Source: Eledone cirrhosa (taxonomy: Eukaryota). From it: DNA of 64,000 nucleotides. Below, piece after piece: positions 55,200 through 64,000 of this stretch. The notes below the pieces were generated by a model. It made no database searches and was not told the origin of the DNA. It worked only from the letters and a program-made list of their open reading frames with translations. The position numbers and the translations under genes are program-made. The number at the start of each line of letters is the position of its first letter. Positions within the stretch are counted from its first letter, which is position 1. The stretch covers positions 5,347 through 69,346 of the forward strand of contig CAXHJY010001324.1 in the NCBI GenBank assembly GCA_964016885.1, in the 5' to 3' direction.

Positions 55200-55800
55200 A
55201 AAGGAAAAGAGGAAGTTTGTGTGCGTGTTCTTTCGTAGTGAATAACGTCTTCCACGCAGTCCCCGTAACTGAATTGCAATCTTGGGTCTGATGGCATTTA
55301 CGGAGGAGCACCTGTAGCTAGAATATTTCCAAGTGGTATGGATATATTAAGGGAGGATCTGAAAAGTTACTAAGTTATTTTCAGATGTTCTGAGCGTAAA
55401 TCCTGAAGAACTCTGCATTCATTGAGGAGAGATTTCTACAGAAAGACTATAAACATGTTATACATAATCTTGTTTCTCTGTCCTCTGAGGGCGAAATCAT
55501 TACCACAGAGAACATGCAACCATAACTGCTGCTGCAGCAGCTATTCTAAATCTTGGCGGTTCGTTCTCAGGCGCGATGCCTTCATTCAACAAATTTGAAT
55601 AAGGTCATTCAGAGACCAAGGACACCGAATGTCTCGATGGTGACCGGCAATTTGTGAATGCCAGGTATTTAATTATCTTCCACTCTTCTGAGTTGCAGCC
55701 AGTGGTGCCTAGTTGCGTGACAGGAACTATGAGTGCCTTAGGAGAAAGCGCCCAAAAAAATGTGGCCTAAAAGATGAACTCTCGAACGGGAAATGGGTTA
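55200..55800 (+). mobile_element. Mariner transposase relic
   Basis: Decayed traces: YG..(I)SKWY..G in the HTH region and LRRKRPKK at about 55737-55760. Confidence 0.45.
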
Positions 55801-56245
55801 TCCCGTCTGGTCGTTTTCGGTCACCACGTTCGAGGTCAACAGGCTTTAGTTGCGACGAGAAAACAACCTCGTAGAGGATCCGCTTAATATCGTCAATATG
55901 TTAAATTATATTCTTGATAAACGAAAGCGCTTTGGCCTAAAAGGGGTTATTGCATTAACCGACAGTTGGCCTTTGTTTCAGTATTCGTCTAATGCATATG
56001 GATGGCTTGCTTATGAACATATATGACCATCTGAGGTAATTATTTCTAAGACGTATCGCGGTACAAACAATTATAAGTATATCTATATCGTGGGACGTCA
56101 GTTCAATAAATTTTTGGCCTCAATTAAAAATAGTGATATGGTGGTAGTAAGCTGTAGTATGTGTGTGGATTTTATGCAGGCACACACATACATATATATT
56201 TATATATATGTATATAAATATATACAAATAAATGTATATATATTT

Positions 56246-56540
56246 ATACAAATGAATATATGATAGGGATAAACACTGATACAAGTATACATGTGTTTGC
56301 ATTGCAAATGACCAATATAGGTTTGTTTTTATTGATTTATTATTTTAAACCGAGACTGGCAAACCGTATTATTTTAATTAGTATTTTTCAATCTGGCTAA
56401 CTTGGTCATTTGCAATGCGAACACATGTATACTTGTATCAGTGTTTATCCCTATCATATATTCATTTGTATTACACGGCTCAGAAATATCCTTTTCTTTG
56501 AGCTATTTAATTGTAAAAGACTATTTGAGTTTATAACTCT
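56246..56540. mobile_element. Inverted-repeat element in (TA)n (70-bp arms), no intact ribozyme core
   Basis: Arms 56246-56315/56402-56471, with a tail running into (TA)n. Confidence 0.65.
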
Positions 56541-57084
56541 ATATATAATATATATTTATATATGTACTTATATTTTCAGTTACTCAGAGCCAAGCACATC
56601 AGTATAATCAATTGTAACTCAATATATCTGTGAGGTACAGAATAACTTTTCATTTTGATCCGATTTCCCATTGAATGTCTCTCTCAAAGATGTGCTTGTG
56701 TCTTTGAGTATCTGAAAATATATATAAAATGGAGCCAGCCAATCACAGAAATTTGATAATATGCACCATGCACACAACGTCAATAATAATTTCAGGGTTT
56801 CACTATGATACCATATAACGTTCCTGGTAAAAGTGTATTTGGTCGAAAACTATAATCCTGAAATACCTTATTTCTTTACGTATTTATAAGGAAGGGGGCG
56901 GTGCAATGCTTTTTCTCTCTTCCAGGTCTATGAATATATATGTTATGATAATAGTAGCAGCTTTTTTTTTCTTCTGAGCTGATATCTTTATCATTTCTAT
57001 TTCCAACCATTGCAAAGGAAAAGAAAAAGAAATATATACTACTATTTCTTGTTTTAACCTTTTACTAACGTATTTAGATCCAGT

Positions 57085-57152
<68 letters not shown>

Positions 57153-57424
57153 ATAATAATAATAAATTTGAAGACTAAAATCCAAAGAGGGCTCGATCAG
57201 GATAAATATATATCAAATATATAAGAACCGTAGAGAAGATTTATTTCAGCGAAACAAAAGAATACAATTATACTTGTAATATATGCATTTACATATTTAT
57301 GTTTGTATGTATATATATATATATATATATATAATATGCAAAAGGTAAACAGAAACAACAAAGCAAACAGCACAGTATAAGGAAGAAATATATTCGTTTA
57401 ACGTTTGATTGTGTAGCAAAATAG

Positions 57425-57460
57425 TCTTTACGTTTCGCACACTAGTCCTTTATCAGAAGA
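57425..57460 (-). ncRNA. Degenerate minimal hammerhead motif
   Basis: TCTT-CTGATAA-a-GGAC/tagt/GTGC-GAAACGTA-AAGA. G8-to-A change and one stem II mismatch. Confidence 0.5.
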
Positions 57461-57565
57461 TAGAATTAGAAATAAAAGATGAAATAGAAGAGGAAGGAAC
57501 GGGGAATAAAAAATGCTTTTAAAGAAAAGATACGGGTGTATTCAGTCAGACAATTTGGTGATATA

Positions 57566-57608
<43 letters not shown>

Positions 57609-58765
57609 ATGTGATGTAGTTTCTCCAACCCCGAAAAAATAATCTAAGTTGAGTTCAGCATTTATTTTATGGAATAGAATAAGGACAACGAATCCAAGGG
57701 AGAGATATATTTGGTATATTCTATATAATCCATGGTAGTGAGTGGCGGCTTGCTATGATTTACAACTCTCAACAAGCTCCAAAACAGGAAAATTATTTCT
57801 TAAACGTTAAATGAAGAAGCGAAGATATTCTTTGACTGGGGGGGAGATAAATGGCAGTTGCACAGCTTCATTGCAAGATAAAAGAATTGGATAATCTTAG
57901 AAATGCAAATGTGTATTTCAGGGGTTGTAAAAGGTGTCAACAGCACACTAGTTATAGGCAAAAATAATGAAGCAGCAATAACAAGATGATGAATAATAAC
58001 TATTGGTAGTAGTTGTTGTTGTACAGAATGAAAACGGAGAAGATGAAGAAAAAGATTGAAAAGAACGATGATGATGATGATGTTGACCAAAGAAGGAAAC
58101 AAAGAAGGAAAAATGAGGATTGACGAAAGAAGAAGAAAGACGAGGGAAATGGTATTAAATGAAACACATACAGTGATAACAGCACTCGTAAGATACAGAA
58201 ATGGCCTTCGTTCCAGTGTATGGCAAAAGTAAAGAGAAATAAACAAACGATAGAGCGTAATTAACATAAATCTTACAGCTAGCTTTGAAGTAGATAAATG
58301 TAGACAGAGAACATCGATATATATATAGTATAAGTGATCCGGCAAAAAATAGAGTTGGTTATTATAATAATAATAATAATATATTTGTGATATCCTTCAC
58401 AATAACGTGTGAGATATCCAGGAAAAAATAAAAGGAGGAAAGGAATGACAGAACGAGAAATGAGGTATCCTTGAAGTAAATGAATTCCGTGGAATCGGAT
58501 TTGGTGTGCACCATCCTGAAAATTAAATAGTGCCGTTAAGATCAAATATTAACAAGGAAAAATCGCTTTCTTTGCAATCCCATTATTGATAGAAACAAGC
58601 AAGCGAAGATAGTGTTAAAAGGGCTTAAAATTTGGTCAAGCTAAAACTTCAGATATATTTTTGTGTGTATGTACACACGTACACCTATATATACACACAC
58701 ACCACACTCCACACACACACACACACACACACACACCGCACACCACACACCACACACCACACACA

Positions 58766-58805
<40 letters not shown>

Positions 58806-59669
58806 GTGTATGGTTTATAACGAGCGTGATATGATTTACTTAGAAGTTGTTTGACGGAAGTCTTTTCTTCGTTACTACAGTGGATATAATAAAGATATTT
58901 ATTCAGTTTATCATCATCAAATCTGTAAACTACATCACAAAACTGTTAAGCTTTCATCATTTACTGCCAGCAATTCCGGCAAAGATTTCTATAACATTCT
59001 GCCTTCTCACATGCGAGCGTGAGAAACCTTGGGATTGTTGAAAGTTGTTAATGATGTTGAAAGGTGTTGTTTAGCTACAATCAGAGTTATGGTAAACAGC
59101 AGTCTAACCATGACTATACCATCTTATTTTCAGATACAGTATATCGAGAAATACACTTCTCAATCCACCATTTGTTATATATTTGTTTAAGAATGTAATA
59201 TGAAGGAGATGAGTAAGAGGCAGGGTCTTGGGGCTCTGGTGTTACATAAAGCACTTTGTTCCTCCATCGTAAGTGGCCTTTAAGCTCTCTGAAAAATTTA
59301 TTTCATAAAATCTTATATATTTATTAATTTATTTATCATGAAGTAATTAAAAAAAAAAATATCTCAAGCCTCAAATCTCATTAGTAAGACAGTTACCGAA
59401 ATCCATGTTTACTTGTATGTATATAATTATGCTGTTCTTACATTTACGATTGTTAATTTTGTAAAGTAAAAAATGACTCTTTAGGCAGAAAATGTACCCA
59501 ACCCCTGAATAGGAGAGACCTCACATAAACTACGGTGGTTATTCTCAGAATGTCCTATTCCCTTCTTCAGCCAACAAATTTCCACCATAATTAAACTGGG
59601 AATAAACAACTATTCCATGAAGGAATATTTAAAACTCATTTTCTTTATTAATTCCTACATTTAGTATGA

Positions 59670-60110
59670 ACCTTTAATTTCTTTCCGTTCAGACTTCAAA
59701 TCTTGTCGAGGTCATCTTTATCTTTCATCTTTCCGGGGTCGGTAAAATGAGGTACCAGTTAAGTACTGGGGTCGATATAATCAACATTAGCTTCCATTAA
59801 CGTAGTTGGTCTTGTGCCTAAATTAGAAATCATCCCAGAAGGCGGCGGATTGGTAGTGTCGTTAAAGCGTAGCAATATTTGCCCCTGCATTTTGCGTTCT
59901 GAGTTTGAATCACATCGAGGTTAGCTTTGCATTTCAACCTTATGTCGTCGATAAAATAAAGTACCAGTAATTCATTTGGGTGGATCGACTTAATCGACTT
60001 TTCCCTACCCTAAAATTGTTGGCATTGTGCCTAAATCAGAAAGCATTATTATTAGAATAGTGAGAGCGGTTGATTTGCAGAATCGTTAGAGATTCGGACT
60101 AAATATTCTT
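59670..60110 (+). mobile_element. Tandem SINE family A copies (two diverged copies plus a 5' fragment)
   Basis: Core at about 59720-59760 and about 59925-59968. Heads at 59840 and 60065. Confidence 0.75.
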
Positions 60111-60784
60111 TTTCGTCTTTGTCGTCTCTTCCTCCTCCTCCTTCGTCTTCTCTTCCTCCTCCTCCTTCGTTTTTGTCTCTTTCACCCTCTTCTTCTACTT
60201 TGTCTCTTTCACCTTCTTCTTCTACTTCTTTTTCTTTTTCTTCTTTCCTCTTTATCTATTCCACCTTCGTCGACTTCTTCTTCAATAGATTATCGATTAC
60301 CTCCCCTGGTTATTAGAACGGTTTCTAACTCCTTTGGTAACGCATTACAGATTCTTCAGACATAAAATTAAATTAAAAACGTGAAACATCAATGACGTCA
60401 TGAACAGTTTGTACTATTCTGATGGTGAAGTGGAGTATTCTGACCAAAACAGATTTAATTATTCTCACTGGTTGTATCGCACGAATGGTTTATCGATACA
60501 CACACGCAAACACACATCGTTGAACATTACTTTTCATATAATATTTACAGCATATATATGTAGAATGATGTTCTTTTGATACCGACACACTTCTTACGTA
60601 CGCAGATTTGTATGCATACATCCATCTACACACACACACACACCCATATATATATATGTAGGAGATGAGTTTTATTGAAGTACAATAAAACAATGCAGAT
60701 ATCGGATAAGAAGCACTCTACAGTTTGTAGGACTGGAGTATAAATAATATATAAGATCAAAAGATGGTTAAAAGAGTTCCATGT

Positions 60785-60858
60785 ATTTTATTATGCGTAT
60801 TTCAAAAACAAATATCATCATGCAATAACATAACATTTGCGTTTTCGTCAGATAAAAT
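60785..60858 (-). ncRNA. Type I hammerhead ribozyme motif
   Basis: ATTTTAT-CTGACGA-AAACGC..GTTTTT-GAAA-TACGCA-TA-ATAAAAT. Confidence 0.75.
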
Positions 60859-60967
60859 AGGGAGACATGATATGAAGGTTAAAACACACTTGTGAATAGT
60901 GCTTATATGTTGATTTAAAACTACACTATTCACAAGTTATGTTTTAACATTCATATCATGTCTCCCT

Positions 60968-61036
60968 ATTTTATCTGACGAAAACGCAATTGTTATTGCA
61001 TGATGATATTTGTTTTTGAAATGCGCATAATAAAAT
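60968..61036 (+). ncRNA. Type I hammerhead ribozyme motif
   Basis: ATTTTAT-CTGACGA-AAACGCAAT..ATTTGTTTTT-GAAA-TGCGCA-TA-ATAAAAT. 7-bp stem I and palindromic stem III. Confidence 0.82.
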
Positions 61037-61089
61037 ACATGGAACTCTTTTAACCATCTTTTGATCTTATATATTATATATATATATAT

Positions 61090-61274
61090 AATTGTTTCTA
61101 CTTTAGGCACAAGGCCAGGAATTACCCAGTGTGTTACTGGTACTTTATTTTATCGACCCCGTAAGGATGAAAGGCAAAGTCAACCTCGGCGGGATTTGAA
61201 CTCAGATCGTAAAGGGACGTAACTATACTGGAAAGCATGGCGTCCGACCCTCTACTGATACTGCCAATCCACCG

Positions 61275-61276
<2 letters not shown>
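61090..61276 (-). mobile_element. SINE family A, full copy in (TA)n
   Basis: Reverse complement of 36626-36813. Confidence 0.92.
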
Positions 61277-61309
<33 letters not shown>

Positions 61310-61445
61310 GTGTATGAATATTCAGGTTTACGTTTATCATTTTACCGAACATGTTTCTTTCTCCTACTCACATTCACGTATTCACCCACTTTTAATGCAT
61401 ACTCCAGTTTTGTGAATACTTTTCAGTGCTCAGTAGAAATAGGGT

Positions 61446-61491
<46 letters not shown>

Positions 61492-61547
61492 AATACTGGA
61501 ATTGAACCATCAAGACCGTTGAGGTATGTCATACATCAATTCATGCA

Positions 61548-61610
61548 TTTTATCTGACGAGGACGTACTGAAAAAAACAGCACAGTACCTTCGAAATATA
61601 AATAATAAAA
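61548..61610 (+). ncRNA. Type I hammerhead ribozyme motif (non-palindromic element about 61490-61775)
   Basis: TTTTAT-CTGACGA-GGACGTACTG..CAGTACCTTC-GAAA-TATAAA-TA-ATAAAA. Confidence 0.78.
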
Positions 61611-61925
61611 CATATTTTGAGTATGTGAATGTCTTCATTTATTAATAATCTGAATAATATTAACTCCAGAACACCTTTCTGTAAGAGTGCTTTTAATCTA
61701 TTGTAAAACTATATTCATTGAGTAATCAATGAACCATATTAATCAGTGCTCAGTCGAAATAGGTTTGTGTTTGTGTATATATATCAGAGTGAACTCACTA
61801 TCTTAGAGATGGTGCACTTCTCTTATTAAAACAGAGAGAGAGAGAGATGGGTAAACAGAAATGACAAGCGTATATTTCCGATATTTCTCATGATCAGAGG
61901 ACGTGAGCTACTGTTCTTTTGTTAT

Positions 61926-61979
<54 letters not shown>

Positions 61980-62005
61980 ATAACAAAAGAACAGAAGCAC
62001 ATTAT

Positions 62006-62045
<40 letters not shown>

Positions 62046-62279
62046 AAGAATCGAGACCCCGACTCTTGATAATATAACCATACTCTACGAACCCATGTAA
62101 CGAGTACTCTGAATAATTGTCTAACCAGTTTCAAATTATATATATATATATACAAAAGAATGGGTTGCGTATGCAAAGCTAAAAGCAATTGTGGACGCAC
62201 ACGTGCTTTTGCATACAAACATGCACGCAACTACAACAAAGTAAGAATTTACAGACATATATCCACACACAAACGCACG

Positions 62280-62283
62280 CACA

Positions 62284-62314
<31 letters not shown>

Positions 62315-62488
62315 CACACACCACACACCACACACAACACACACCACACACAACACACACCACACACCACACAACACACAACACACACAACACACACAAC
62401 ACACACAACACACACACACACAACACACACACAACACACACACAACACACACACAACACACACACAACACACACACAACACACACACA

Positions 62489-62523
<35 letters not shown>
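62280..62523. repeat. (CA)n/(CACAA)n compound microsatellite
   Basis: Direct reading of the sequence. Confidence 0.9.
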
Positions 62524-62524
<1 letters not shown>

Positions 62525-64000
62525 GGTTTTGCGTTGTTATTTTGTTCTAGTTATGTGCATGTTTGTGTGCGTCTAAATATATTCATTCACAGTTGTTGTT
62601 ATCTTTACATACATAACCTCTTCTTTAATATTTGATTTACATATGTACGTGTTTACCATAAACAAAGCAATACACATTGTCATATGATATATATAGCAGA
62701 TCGGAAATTCTCACGCAACAAACTTCTGGAATAGAAGTTTTAATATAAAAGTAACTAATTTAGATCGAAACACATTTTCAGATAGCAGGCATAATTAAAA
62801 GCATATATATATATATATATATATGCATGTGTGTACGTACGGATGTCATGAGCATATTGCATGGAAACGCCTTTCGTGACATATTCAACCGTCTCTTTGT
62901 TATGGACAAAAGATTTCCGACAATATTTCAATAAAATTGATTCCCGTCTTCATTCATATATTTACTTTTAACTAAATTTCAGAAATAGATTTTGATGAAA
63001 ATATTTTGTTGTTGTTGTTGCTGCTGCTGTTTTGTAGCTGAGACTTCTCAACTCTGATCTAACAGAAATATACTCTTTTTGATAACCAACTGTAAAGAGT
63101 ACTCGATACTTCCCCTAGTCTGTCATGGCTTACTATCCCTATACAGACATTTAAATTGAATAAATCAATAAATGCTGAAACGCTTAATTTGAGCAATGTT
63201 CATCCTTTTCAAAGGCAGATATCGCATACGACTGTTTTATCTGATACAGCCAGATTAGGTTGTCTTATTTTTCTGAGATTTAAGAGACTTTAGTTGCTAT
63301 TTCTACTAGTTCTAGTGACTAAGGGAAGGGTATCCCTTTCGCTTGTTATCCTGCCTTTTTATGTTTCATCAAATGCACCGTGGAAAATGTCTTAGAGAAA
63401 TTAGTTTAACGGAGCCCAATCCTTTCCAAACTATTCCTGCTTCAGCTTAATATAAGCAGACATATGATCAGAGGCCTTCCAACCATGGTCGCTCCGTCTT
63501 TATTGGAGCATTAATTATCTAGAGGTACGTTACTCAACGTATGGTTTTATTGTTTTATAAACATAGGCTAAGACATAGCTATATGGTTAATTATATTTGC
63601 TTCGACTAAATACCACAGCATGGCCACAGCGCGTTGATTGCAACCAGTGAAAGAAGAGAATAAAGGAAACCATTGGTATTTTGAAGCTGAGACATTTAAC
63701 ACTTGATCTACTCTGGATATATAGCTTCTGGTAGTTTTGAAGTAAATTAAAAATAGTTCATTTATATCGACCGATGAAGACCTGTCCAACACCTTTCACG
63801 TAGTCTACACGAGCTTTGTACCAATTGATCAGTATATTATGAATGATCAGTCTGGTGGCTTCATCACCTGTCGAAAGCCAAGGGTATTATGAAGTTGTCT
63901 ATTTGCTTTTACAGATTAAATCTTTGAACTTTGCTTAGAGTTTTCTTTTATTTATTTATAGTGCATTTTTTATTTGACGTATTTTGTTAAGCATTGAATG

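Larger units (their letters stand above)
60744..61077. mobile_element. Palindromic hammerhead-bearing element (about 155-bp arms)
   Basis: Arms about 60744-60901/60924-61077 with a 22-bp spacer. Ends in (TA)n. Confidence 0.85.

Noticed and set aside
57800-58345. 181-aa hydrophobic ORF
   Set aside because: Reverse complement of GA/GAT-rich low-complexity sequence, with no domain or splice support.

Overview
AT-rich, repeat-saturated animal genomic DNA, most likely intergenic or intronic cephalopod (Octopus-like) sequence; this is inferred from the SINE types and microsatellite load. No host gene can be supported. The only real protein-coding content is retroelement-derived: three young, 5'-truncated CR1/L2-group LINE copies in alternating orientation at 14.0-21.7 kb, plus RTE and mariner relics. 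There are also many tRNA-derived SINEs. The main hidden signal is a collection of short non-coding elements from several unrelated sequence families. Most are long inverted repeats embedded in (TA)n/(CA)n microsatellites and carry type I hammerhead ribozyme folds (stem I-CUGANGA-stem II-GAAA-short stem III-NUH-stem I). I read about 10 intact cores and about 6 degenerate ones by eye. In the inverted repeats the ribozyme copies point outward, and several tails share a GAG(T/C)ACTCT motif about 30-45 nt before the microsatellite junction. This looks like a set of non-autonomous Penelope-like pLTR / retrozyme-type elements targeting microsatellites.
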